From Verrucomicrobiota bacterium (lineage in GTDB: Bacteria > Verrucomicrobiota > Verrucomicrobiia > Limisphaerales > AAA164-E04), in the NCBI GenBank assembly GCA_047947115.1, contig CP170459.1:4192001-4256000 (forward strand): DNA of 64,000 nt, given 5' to 3'. Below, piece by piece: positions 1-9,635 of this stretch (positions are counted from its first letter, which is position 1; every line of letters starts with the position of its first letter). The notes under the pieces were generated by a model. It ran no database searches. It was not told the DNA's origin and saw nothing but the letters and a program-made list of their open reading frames with translations. Both the position numbers and the translations under genes were made by a program.

Positions 1-1479
1 TAGTTTTGACGCGATCGTTTGTCATATTTGCATTGGTATCTCATTTGTATAGGGATAGCATCGCTGACTTGTACATTCCACGCTTCAAAACACAGAGCCA
101 AAAAGTAATCTTCAAGTAGAGCAGCCAGTTACCACATGCTCAAATACGCCGCGTTGCAAGTCTGCCATGGGGCAAGCCAGTCACGCTCTATCAAGTTTGT
201 AAAAACGGTAATAAAAATGAGTCGTGCATAAATCACTATCCAGAGTTGCTCTGCAGAACCGTCAGGAACCTCGGTGATACGAAAATGGCTTTTCCATGCC
301 TTAAAAATGGTTTCTATCCGCCAGCGCAAACCGTAGATCTTTGCCACTTCTTTTGCTGCGCATTCGTTCTGGGGAACATTGGTTATGAATATCGCCCAAC
401 CAAGCAACTCCAACCTTTGGGCATTGGGCTTTCGCCTTTTATCACGATTGCTCTTGGCTTTGCGTCGTCGTTCTGCCGCGATCTCATCGGGAAGTTTGAT
501 GGCCACCAATCGCACGGGTAACTGCTTATCTGAGAGCAAAACATCAAAGTCCAAATTTCCTAATCGTTTCAGTTTTTTGAGTAAATCGATTTTTTCTCCT
601 GTGGCTGGGTCCCTCACTTCGATATCCAATCGGATTCGACTCAAATAATAGGCTCCAGCGTTTGCTATCTGTTGAAATGATTCTATCACGAAATAGACCA
701 AGTCACGCAGTATTAAGTCCCCCTTACGTATGACTTTCAAAATATCATAAGTTGCGGTTTGGTCGTTACGTCTAAATCCACTTATCCCGAAGTAGAGGAA
801 TTGTTGATTTTGTATATCCTGAATGGCTTGTATTTTCAGCGATGCAATTTTGGAACCACTTTGATTAGCCGAACCGGGAAAAGCAGCCGCCAGTTTCGAA
901 TTTACTTTGATGGTCGTGCTATCTTGAACAAGGATTCGTGGAAATCGATTGAACTTGTTTGGGACGTTGCGGCCATTGTCTTTGGATTTGGCGCTTAATA
1001 CTAGCGCCAGGATGCATTGAATATAATTCACAGCGCCATGGTTCATTCGTTCCCACAATGACTGTTTGGCAATAGTATTATTGCTCAAAATTCCCAACAA
1101 AGTCGCCCATCGACTCAAACTTGCGGTGCCTTGGCAAACCAATAGAATAGTCGCTTGTAAAAAAAATTCGGGCATTATTTCTCGCGGAGTTCGCAGGACA
1201 AAGCCGGTGGCGCGAGCAAGTGTCTGGAAATCGAAATCAGCGAACCAATCGGTTAATGTTTGAGCACATCGGTGCCATTCATGAGGCAGGGAAACCCCTT
1301 GTGAATCTGGGAGTGAAGTCAAACATTTGGGTTGAGATCTTGTTGTGTTTTGAAGATCTGAAGATGATATTGTCTGACAAGGATTTGTTCGAGAGTCATT
1401 TGGAAGAGTAGAAAAGCAAACTGCACATAAAAGCACAGCTTTATCGTTAAAAATAATCACTTTTATCCTGACGCGCATG
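1..1479 (-). mobile_element. IS4-family insertion sequence, copy 1 (left end runs off window)
   Basis: Terminus CATGCGCGTCAGG on the minus strand ends at 1479. This is exactly where homology with the copy starting at 62940 stops. Encodes a DDE transposase. Confidence 0.85.
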
Positions 1480-1484
1480 AGCAA
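1..1484 (-). pseudogene. IS4-family DDE transposase with premature stop
   Basis: Motifs QDST, RDLVYF (DLGYF in copy 2) and YGLRWRIETIFKAWKS (YREK). After TAA at 129-131 the same frame continues without stops (LAALLEDYFL...RYQCKYDKRSRQN) to the window edge. The true start is probably downstream of 1484. Confidence 0.8.
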
Positions 1485-1885
1485 CTAGAGGAATTGGATT
1501 TGAAGAATTTAGCAACCGGAATCGCCTACCAGATGCGATTGAATTTCCAACAAGTCTATCGCAGTCGCAATGAGGTTACAGCGCGAAAAAACATGGTCAA
1601 ATGGATAGGATGGGTAAAACGAAGGGCGAAAAAATCAGGGGATATGTTGGAACCAATGGTCAAGGTGGCAAACAGTATTGAACGTCACTTGGAAGGTATA
1701 CTTGCTCATTGGAAAAAGAAACTGACCACAGCGTTCATGGAAGGATTGAATAGCGTTTTCAGCGCGGTCAAGCGGAAAGCCAGGGGCTTTCGCTCATCCG
1801 TATACATGACCACCATGCTTTACTTTGTAGCCGGTAAACTCAGAATCCCGGCTTAAGTTAATTCCACTGGAATTATCGAAGAACC
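1480..1885 (+). mobile_element. ISL3-family element remnant: transposase C-terminal fragment (ORF 1494-1856) plus right end
   Basis: TTAFMEGLNSVFSAVKRKARGFRS is the ISL3 C-terminal signature. The end ...GAAGAACC at 1885 reads GGTTCTTC in reverse complement, an ISL3-like terminus. The 5' part is cut off by the IS4. Confidence 0.8.
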
Positions 1886-2100
1886 AAGATTGGCTGCCAA
1901 TCCAGCCGAAACATTGACCATGCTCAAAGCATGTTAGCCTTTAAAACAAAAAGCCGTGGTATTCGATAGAAATCGATCTTGGGTGTCCATTGAATACCTT
2001 CAAAGATGCGGTCCTCCGAGGCTGTCTGTTTGTCAATGCACCAGTTGAGCCCTCAGGCCCGGTACTTGACAAATACCACAACATCCGCAACCTCGAAGGC

Positions 2101-4071
2101 GTGAGAACCCTGATACTCTGCGCGATGCTCTGCGCGGCTGCGTACCTGCACGCCGCAGGATGGCCTTTTGTCCCTTTGACTGCTCCGCCAATCCCAAGCA
2201 ATTCAAGCAATCCTGGTTCTCATCCGATCGACTGCTTTATCCAGGATCAGTTAGCGGCATCAGGACTCGCAATGAATCCCACCGCATTCCCCAGAGAGTT
2301 GATTCGCCGAGCTTACTACGACCTGATCGGACTCCCCCCCACTTACGAAGAAGTTCAACAATTTGAACAAAACCCTACGGATCAACATTGGAATAATATC
2401 ATTCAAGACCTGTTGAAACGTCCACAATATGGCGAACGATGGGCGAGCCACTGGTTGGATATCGTGAGGTTTGCGGAAACCAACGGATACGAGCGTGACG
2501 GACCAAAACCGGAAGCATGGCGCTATCGGGATTATGTGATTCAATCCCTGAACACAGACAAACCTTACGATCAATTCATTCGCGAACAATTGGCGGGCGA
2601 CCTGCTTTATCCCGAATCGAGACAAGCGCTGGTCGCCACCGGATTCTACCGTCTGCATGTTTATGACGATGAACCTGACGACGCATTGAAGGCGGATTAC
2701 GACACCTTGGATGACATTCTTTCCACCATTGGATCGGCATTCCTGGGGGTCACAGTGAATTGCGCGAGATGTCATGATCATAAATTTGATCCCATGTCCC
2801 AGGCGGAATACTACGCGTTGCTCGATTTTATACATCGTATCGAACCATACGGTCGTCCCCATACAGGAGGCGGTTCAAGACCTTACGGCGCCATCACACG
2901 ACCTCTCGCCACGCACAGCGAAATCTCGCAATGGAAGGAACGACAGGAAAAAGACATTCGCGCCCTTGAAGAAAAAATCAACAGCACATCCGTTTCCGAT
3001 CAGGAATCCATTGCTCGAAAACTCGAAGAACTCAAAAAACAAACACCTCCCTTCGAAAACGTCCTGGCCATTTCAGATGCCACTCCGAAGGAAGATTGGA
3101 GCACCCATCGATTGCAAAGAGGCGACCCTCGACTCAAAGGGGAAAAAGTGACCGCCCGTATCCCGACAATGTTGTCGACAAAAACAAGTGATTCACGCGG
3201 CGACTCAAGAGCCGACCTGGCATCATGGGCATCTTCCTCTGACAATCCCATGACCGCCCGTGTCATCGCCAACCGAATCTGGCAACACCATTTTGGAAGA
3301 GGCATTGTCGCGACACCCAATGATTTCGGGGCGGCAGGTTCAGGGGCCACTCACCCGGACCTGTTGGATCATCTGGCCGCGCATCTCATTCAATCAGGGT
3401 GGAGTTTGAAGGAACTGCATCATTACATCATGACAAGCAAGACCTACCGCATGTCCTCTCGCGCTCACCAACCATCCGCCCTTCTGAAGGACCCATCCAA
3501 TCAGTTGTTTTGGCGTCAGGAGTTGCGTAGAATGGATGCCGAGGTGCTGCGTGATTCCATGCTGCTTTTCAGCGGAGATTTGAATTTGAAACCTTCGGGT
3601 CCAGGCATCTACCCGGAGTTGCCTGCGGAGGTGCATCGAACACAGGACAGCGCACGCAAGGGTTGGGGCGAAAGTTCTTTGGAAGATCAAAACCGACGGA
3701 GCATTTATATTTACGCAAAGCGTGCCCTGCCTCTGCCTTTGTTGGAAGTGTTTGATGCCAGTCATGTCTCCTTTTCACTTGGACGACGCCCGGTCACCAC
3801 CGTCGCACCCCAGGCATTGACTCTGTTAAATGATGCCTTCATGCAAGACCGCGCCGCGCGCCTGGCCTATCAAACCAGCTCCATGAATGAACTATTCAAA
3901 ATCCTCTGGCAACGACTTCCTTCGGACGATGAATACAAGGCATGCGAAGCAATGCTGAAGGATCAGACCGAACTCCTCCGATCCGATGGCAACCAGCAAG
4001 CAGAGGAACAGGCATGGGCACACCTTTGTTTGGCGATGCTCAATGCAAATGAATCCATCATGATCGATTAA
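2101..4071 (+). CDS. DUF1549/DUF1553 (PSD1) domain protein
   Basis: HPIDCFI, RRAYYDLIGLPPT, YGERWASHWLDIVRFAET, CARCHDHKFDP, ARVIANRIWQHHFGRGIV, PQALTLLN. GTG at 2101 gives a signal peptide; the ORF is open from 1990. Confidence 0.9.
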   Translation: MRTLILCAMLCAAAYLHAAGWPFVPLTAPPIPSNSSNPGSHPIDCFIQDQLAASGLAMNPTAFPRELIRRAYYDLIGLPPTYEEVQQFEQNPTDQHWNNIIQDLLKRPQYGERWASHWLDIVRFAETNGYERDGPKPEAWRYRDYVIQSLNTDKPYDQFIREQLAGDLLYPESRQALVATGFYRLHVYDDEPDDALKADYDTLDDILSTIGSAFLGVTVNCARCHDHKFDPMSQAEYYALLDFIHRIEPYGRPHTGGGSRPYGAITRPLATHSEISQWKERQEKDIRALEEKINSTSVSDQESIARKLEELKKQTPPFENVLAISDATPKEDWSTHRLQRGDPRLKGEKVTARIPTMLSTKTSDSRGDSRADLASWASSSDNPMTARVIANRIWQHHFGRGIVATPNDFGAAGSGATHPDLLDHLAAHLIQSGWSLKELHHYIMTSKTYRMSSRAHQPSALLKDPSNQLFWRQELRRMDAEVLRDSMLLFSGDLNLKPSGPGIYPELPAEVHRTQDSARKGWGESSLEDQNRRSIYIYAKRALPLPLLEVFDASHVSFSLGRRPVTTVAPQALTLLNDAFMQDRAARLAYQTSSMNELFKILWQRLPSDDEYKACEAMLKDQTELLRSDGNQQAEEQAWAHLCLAMLNANESIMID

Positions 4072-4085
4072 CGAAAGGAGGATGC

Positions 4086-5600
4086 ATGAAGGTTCAGAAT
4101 AGGTCATTTCATGGGAACGGAAAGAATGGAACCATTGGCACCGAATCGGGAGAGTCAGGCACTGCATCGCGCAGATCCTTCATCCATGGGCTTGGGGCGG
4201 GATTTGGCTCATTGGCTTTGGAAGGAATCTTGCAGGCTGAAAACCCTGCTTCGAGTCATCTGACCAAGGCCTTGCCACATATCGCGCCCAAGGCAAAGTC
4301 ATGTATTTTTTTGTTTATGTTCGGCGGGCCATCCCAACTGGATTTGTTCGACTATAAACCGGAGCTTCAAAAGCGGGACGGTCAAACATTTCAAAATGAA
4401 TTCCGTCGCAACACACTCACCAAAGCCGTGCTGCAGGCCAGTCGCCGAACCTTTCGCCAACACGGACAGTCCGGACTTTGGTGTTCCGATGCGCTGCCTC
4501 ATTTGTCCAGACACATGGACAAGCTCGCGATGATTCATTCGCTGCACAGTGATTCATTTGCGCACGGCTCTGCCCTGTTGAACATGAACACAGGTCGCGC
4601 CATTCAAGGGCATCCTTCTGTGGGGGCCTGGGTGAGTTATGGCTTGGGTTCCATGAATCGAAACCTGCCTGCTTATGTGGTGATGCTGGACCCAAGAGGA
4701 GGTCCCACGACCGGCTCACCCAATTGGTCCAGCGGTTACATGCCCGCCTCCTATCAGGGAACGGTTCTTCGTACTCAAGGAGCGCCCGTTTTAAACCTGA
4801 ATCCGCCCGACGGCATTTCACGCGAAATGCAACGGAACCAGATCGATCTGGCCCAGTTTTTCAATCAACGACATCAAAAAGAACGTCCCAACAACAGTGA
4901 ACTGGAAGCAAGAATTGAGAGTTACGAATTGGCGTTTCGCCTGCAGATGACCGCCCCAGAGGCTTTGGATATCGAAAGTGAAACCACTTCCATCCAATCG
5001 CTGTATGGCATCGATGATCCCAAAGGTTCCCACAAACTCACCGTCGGCCCGGAGCCGTTCGGCAGGCAATGCCTCATCGCACGACGCATGGTCGAGCGCG
5101 GTGTTCGGTTCGTCCAGATCTATTCCGGCGGCGGCGCAGCGGGTGGCCAGAATTCATGGGACGGACATCACGGCATCGAGGAGAACCTGGAAATCCACTG
5201 CCCGGAAATCGACAAGCCCATCGCCGGGTTACTGCAGGACCTGGATCAACGCGGTCTGCTGGAGGAAACTCTGGTCGTGTGGGGCGGCGAATTCGGTCGC
5301 CAACCCGTATCCGAAACCTTCAACACCGGCGGCAAACCGGGTGGTCGCGATCATAACCCACTCGGATTTACCTATTGGATGGCGGGTGGCGGTGTCAAAG
5401 CGGGAACACGCTACGGAGAAACAGATGAGTTAGGAGAACACGCGGTTGTAAACCGTCACCACCTGAGGGATCTGCACGCCACCATCCTGCATCAAATGGG
5501 GCTCGACCACTCTCGCCTGACTTATCCCTACGCCGGCCTGGACCAGCGTTTGACCGGTGTGGAAGTGGAAGCTGAAGTAATCCGTGGCTTGATCGCATAA
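4086..5600 (+). CDS. DUF1501 domain protein (Tat-exported, alkaline phosphatase/sulfatase-like fold)
   Basis: SRRSFI twin-arginine motif, IFLFMFGGPSQLDLFDYKP, ARRMVERGVRFVQ, WGGEFGR, GRDHNP. Canonical partner of the upstream gene. Confidence 0.92.
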   Translation: MKVQNRSFHGNGKNGTIGTESGESGTASRRSFIHGLGAGFGSLALEGILQAENPASSHLTKALPHIAPKAKSCIFLFMFGGPSQLDLFDYKPELQKRDGQTFQNEFRRNTLTKAVLQASRRTFRQHGQSGLWCSDALPHLSRHMDKLAMIHSLHSDSFAHGSALLNMNTGRAIQGHPSVGAWVSYGLGSMNRNLPAYVVMLDPRGGPTTGSPNWSSGYMPASYQGTVLRTQGAPVLNLNPPDGISREMQRNQIDLAQFFNQRHQKERPNNSELEARIESYELAFRLQMTAPEALDIESETTSIQSLYGIDDPKGSHKLTVGPEPFGRQCLIARRMVERGVRFVQIYSGGGAAGGQNSWDGHHGIEENLEIHCPEIDKPIAGLLQDLDQRGLLEETLVVWGGEFGRQPVSETFNTGGKPGGRDHNPLGFTYWMAGGGVKAGTRYGETDELGEHAVVNRHHLRDLHATILHQMGLDHSRLTYPYAGLDQRLTGVEVEAEVIRGLIA

Positions 5601-5614
5601 CGATATCATTCATC

Positions 5615-8236
5615 ATGAGAAGAATCCTGTTTACAACAATGGTTACCGGCCTGTGCCTGAACTTGAATTTAAAACCCACCCTGGCTCAGGATGCTGACCG
5701 GATTCCGCCCAACATCCAGACAGTTCTGGATCACACCCAACCACTCGAACATCCACGGTTGAACCGACTGCCGCTTTATGTCTGGCCCATTCACCAGGCA
5801 CTGAAAGGTCTTCCGGATACCCAAGCACGAACCATCCTCAGCCAACTGGATCAACGAGGCATCGGATATTGCGTCGACTGGAACCACACGCCCTTCGAAG
5901 AAAACGTTCAAGAAGCAATCCGCATCGCCCGAATCCAGCAATCACTTGGCATGGAAATCAGTGTCAATGCGAACATTTGCCTGTATTCACTGTTTGACGG
6001 CACCGATGAAACAGCCCATATCGACCAACATGGCCAACCTTTTTGGGATACTTCATTCGGACCGAAAACCGGTTGTCCTTTTGCATTGGAACACCGCGTT
6101 CCCGTCATTCGTCAGCGCATCAAGTCCTTTGTTGAAGCCTATCGCGATGCCGGAGTTGAAATTGATTTCATCTTCGCGGATTGGGAAATTGACGGCCCCA
6201 TGGAATGGAATGAAGCATGGGAGCATTCAAAGCGCTGTGTCCGTTGCCAGCAGCAACTTCCGGACAATCATGATTTCCGCACATTCCAAACCATACTCCG
6301 ACGCAAGCGCAGCGACATGCAAAAACACATGTTTTCCACCCCTGTGCTGGATGTCTTCCCTCGGGCATTGGTGGGCAATTACGCAGTTCACCCGCATGAT
6401 GGCTACCGATACTGGTTTGATTACTTTGAAAAGCTCCCCGATGCCGCCCCGGTGATCAAGGAACACAAAGCTCTTTACCGTGAATGGGCTCCTGAGTTTG
6501 AGGCCTCCGGTTATACCTTGAGCATGCCGGTTGTGTACACCTGGTATGGCATCTTTGATTCGCTTCCTTTTGAACCAAGTGATTATCGTTGGTTTTACAA
6601 CATGCTTAAAGTGGCTTCGAACGCCGGCGCGCATACTTCAACCGCAACACCCTCCGTTCCCTTCGTGCACTGGCACACCACCGCCCCGCCGGATGCGCCG
6701 TCTGACTCCGTGATTCAATTTTCTGAAGGGCGTTATCAGGATCTGCTCTGGCACATGCTGTTGCGTGGACATGATTCATTCTTCCTTTGGTGCCTGCAAA
6801 AGGAACTGCCCAAAGAAATTTCACTGCTTCATGATGTGTACGCAGACTCCATGCAGTATTCGGACTTCATCCGCAACGGTTCTCCCATTGAACAATTCGT
6901 CCCCGGCCTGCCGGGCACTATTCTTTCCGGACTCCGCAAGGATGATCAGGTGCTGGTCAAACGAACGGATTTCACCAGTCACCAGGGCGAAATAAACATG
7001 AACCTTTCTGACAATGAATGGATCAGAGTGCCCGCTGGCTTTCAATTGGGAATTTTGCCGGTCATGCAAAGGAAATCTGGCACCTCATGGACGGACGCAC
7101 ATTTTCCAATTGGCATGTATGAACTACCCAAGACAGATTTGGAACTAAGAAAGATGGCCGACGCAGGCATCAACCTGGTACATGCCAACAATCGAACAGA
7201 TCTCGACCGGCTACATGCCCACGGAATGAAAGGATGGATCTCCTTGTCTGTTCAGGATGGTTTGTCGAGCAATCTATACGAGCAAACCTCATCCGTATGG
7301 AACCACCCTGCCCTGGCGGTCTGGGAAGGGCCGGATGAAATTGTTTGGACCTTCACCGCCTATAGTTTTCTCAAGGACAGGGCCGGATTTACCCGCGAAG
7401 ACTGGGAAAACCAAAAATCCATCGCCACGCAATATGCGGAATCGGTCGGCACCGATCTGCTATATCGCATGCGCCAATGCATCGAGTGGTTAAAACGCAA
7501 CGATCCCAATCATCACCCTTTCTGGATGAATGAGGCAGCGGACAGCGATGCTTTTTATGCACGTGGTTATATGGATCCCATCGATATCATCGGTTGCGAC
7601 TACTACGCCGTACGCGCCACAGGCACCGATATGCAAAGCAGCGGCAGATTGGTGCAACGATGGGATGCGATCGGTCAAGGGCGCCCGGTATGGATGGTGC
7701 TTCAAGGATTTTCCTGGCATGCGATTCGTCCAGACCGCGAAAAGCTCTATCCCAGCTTTGCGCAATCAAGATACCTTGCCTATGACGCCATCGTCCACGG
7801 AGCCAAAGGCATATTGTATTGGGGAACCAGCACCATTGACGATCCCGACTTCCGTCAATCATTGTATGCATTGACTTCAGAACTCTCTCACATCGGCCCC
7901 TACCTGGCAGCCCCCATACGAAGAGAATTACCAACACAGCTCATCTCCGATCTGTTCGATCCTTCAGGTAAAGGAGTCAAAACCCTGCTCTGCCAACTGG
8001 AAGATGAACAACTCCTTATCGTTTTAAATCTGGATCCGCATCGGCACCTGGCGGTTGAAATCGGGGGACTGGAAGCTCTGGACGGCCAACGCCTGCACCA
8101 ACTTTACGGTAACGAAATGCAGATACCGAAAAGAGGTAACATCATCACACGCCTGCAAGCAGAAGAAGTCAAAGTATTCGCAACAGACCCCACCCTGGCC
8201 AAAGGAATCCGCGAGGGACGCCAATACACTGAATAA
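5615..8236 (+). CDS. Secreted hypothetical protein with two putative glycoside-hydrolase-like barrel domains
   Basis: Signal peptide. Second half carries FPIGMY, HPALAVWEGPDE, DIIGCDYY, PVWMVLQGF, AIVHGAKGILYW. Confidence 0.6.
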   Translation: MRRILFTTMVTGLCLNLNLKPTLAQDADRIPPNIQTVLDHTQPLEHPRLNRLPLYVWPIHQALKGLPDTQARTILSQLDQRGIGYCVDWNHTPFEENVQEAIRIARIQQSLGMEISVNANICLYSLFDGTDETAHIDQHGQPFWDTSFGPKTGCPFALEHRVPVIRQRIKSFVEAYRDAGVEIDFIFADWEIDGPMEWNEAWEHSKRCVRCQQQLPDNHDFRTFQTILRRKRSDMQKHMFSTPVLDVFPRALVGNYAVHPHDGYRYWFDYFEKLPDAAPVIKEHKALYREWAPEFEASGYTLSMPVVYTWYGIFDSLPFEPSDYRWFYNMLKVASNAGAHTSTATPSVPFVHWHTTAPPDAPSDSVIQFSEGRYQDLLWHMLLRGHDSFFLWCLQKELPKEISLLHDVYADSMQYSDFIRNGSPIEQFVPGLPGTILSGLRKDDQVLVKRTDFTSHQGEINMNLSDNEWIRVPAGFQLGILPVMQRKSGTSWTDAHFPIGMYELPKTDLELRKMADAGINLVHANNRTDLDRLHAHGMKGWISLSVQDGLSSNLYEQTSSVWNHPALAVWEGPDEIVWTFTAYSFLKDRAGFTREDWENQKSIATQYAESVGTDLLYRMRQCIEWLKRNDPNHHPFWMNEAADSDAFYARGYMDPIDIIGCDYYAVRATGTDMQSSGRLVQRWDAIGQGRPVWMVLQGFSWHAIRPDREKLYPSFAQSRYLAYDAIVHGAKGILYWGTSTIDDPDFRQSLYALTSELSHIGPYLAAPIRRELPTQLISDLFDPSGKGVKTLLCQLEDEQLLIVLNLDPHRHLAVEIGGLEALDGQRLHQLYGNEMQIPKRGNIITRLQAEEVKVFATDPTLAKGIREGRQYTE

Positions 8237-8245
8237 AGTTCCCAA

Positions 8246-8590
8246 GTAGCCGCTTTCGCCAGAAAGTGGCTCGCCAACGATTTCATCGTTCCAAAGGATT
8301 TTCGATGTTTTGGTATCTGGCTTGTGAATGATCCGGGGTTTTCCATGGAAAGATCTCTGGAACTCGAGCGCCATAAGGGTCCAGGCGGGACGCCCAGAGC
8401 TACCTTGTAGCCGCTTTCGCCAGAAAGTGGCTCGCCAACAATTTCATCGTTCCATTGGATTTTCGATGCTTTGGAATCTGGCTGGTGGATGATCCGGGGT
8501 TTTCCATGGAATGATTTCTGAAACTCGAGCGCCATAAGGTTCCGGGCGGGACGCCCAGAGCTACCTTGAAGCCGCTTTCGCCAGAAAGTG
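8246..8590 (+). repeat. 161-bp tandem repeat (2 full units + start of a third) built from two REP-like palindromes
   Basis: G(T/A)AGCCGCTTTCGCCAGAAAGTG at 8246, 8407 and 8568. Each full unit ends in GGCGGGACGCCCAGAGCTAC (inverted GTAG-REP). Confidence 0.85.
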
Positions 8591-8652
8591 ATCCAAAACA
8601 TCACGCCTAAAGATTGTCAGGCTCCAAATCTATGGATAATATCCAGACACTC

Positions 8653-9621
8653 ATGAGCAAACGTATCGTTGTATTGGATGGTTACACTTTGAACCCGGGT
8701 GATTTAAGCTGGGAAGGTCTTCAATCATTGGGGGATTCCTGCGATATACATGAACGCACCTCGGTGGAGGATATCGTTGATCGTGCGGAAGACGCCGAGA
8801 TCATATTGACCAACAAAACCCCGATTTCAGTCGACACACTGGTCAACCTTCCCAGACTGGAATACATAGGCGTCCTGGCCACCGGTTTCAATATTGTGGA
8901 CGTCGCCACTGCGAAAAGCCGGGGTATTCCGGTCACCAACGTACCCTCGTATGGAACGAAATCTGTCGCCCAGATGACCATGGCCTTGCTTCTTGAACTG
9001 ACACAACGCGTCGGAATCCATTCAGACTCGGTGATGAACGGCGACTGGATGCGATGTCCCGATTTTTGTTACTGGAAACAACCCTTGATTGAGCTGGATG
9101 GTCTGACCATGGGGATCATAGGCTACGGACGCATTGGTCAGGAAGTCGCCAAACTCGCCCGTGCGTTTGGGATGCGAATCATCGCAACCAAACGTGACTC
9201 TCTTAATCCCACGGAACATCCGGATACAGGATTTGCCTCATTGGATGACGTCATCGAGCAATCCGATGTCCTCAGTCTCCACTGTCCACTGACCCCCGAA
9301 ACCCAATACCTCATCAACGATGCCAGGCTTTCCAAAATGAAACCGACCGCGTTGTTATTGAACACAAGCAGGGGTCCGCTGGTCGATGAACGCGCTCTGG
9401 CGGATGCCTTGATGAATGGCAGCATCGCCGGAGCCGGTATTGATGTCGTTGAACTCGAACCGCCTCGATCGGAAAGCCTCCTTTATCAGGCTCCGAATTG
9501 CTACATCACTCCGCACATTGCATGGGCAACCAAAGCTGCACGTTCCCGACTACTCAATACTGCCGTGGAAAACGTCCGTCAATTTCTGGCCGGAATCCCA
9601 CAAAATGTCGTCAACCCGTAA
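8653..9621 (+). CDS. D-2-hydroxyacid dehydrogenase (glycerate dehydrogenase/hydroxypyruvate reductase-like)
   Basis: IVVLDGYTLNPGDL, GIIGYGRIG Rossmann motif, LHCPLT, NTSRG, TPHIAWAT. Confidence 0.92.
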   Translation: MSKRIVVLDGYTLNPGDLSWEGLQSLGDSCDIHERTSVEDIVDRAEDAEIILTNKTPISVDTLVNLPRLEYIGVLATGFNIVDVATAKSRGIPVTNVPSYGTKSVAQMTMALLLELTQRVGIHSDSVMNGDWMRCPDFCYWKQPLIELDGLTMGIIGYGRIGQEVAKLARAFGMRIIATKRDSLNPTEHPDTGFASLDDVIEQSDVLSLHCPLTPETQYLINDARLSKMKPTALLLNTSRGPLVDERALADALMNGSIAGAGIDVVELEPPRSESLLYQAPNCYITPHIAWATKAARSRLLNTAVENVRQFLAGIPQNVVNP

Positions 9622-9635
9622 ACCACCCTGTCACG

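Noticed and set aside
8024..8604. Minus-strand ORFs over the 161-bp repeat
   Set aside because: They translate REP repeats and overlap a real gene end.
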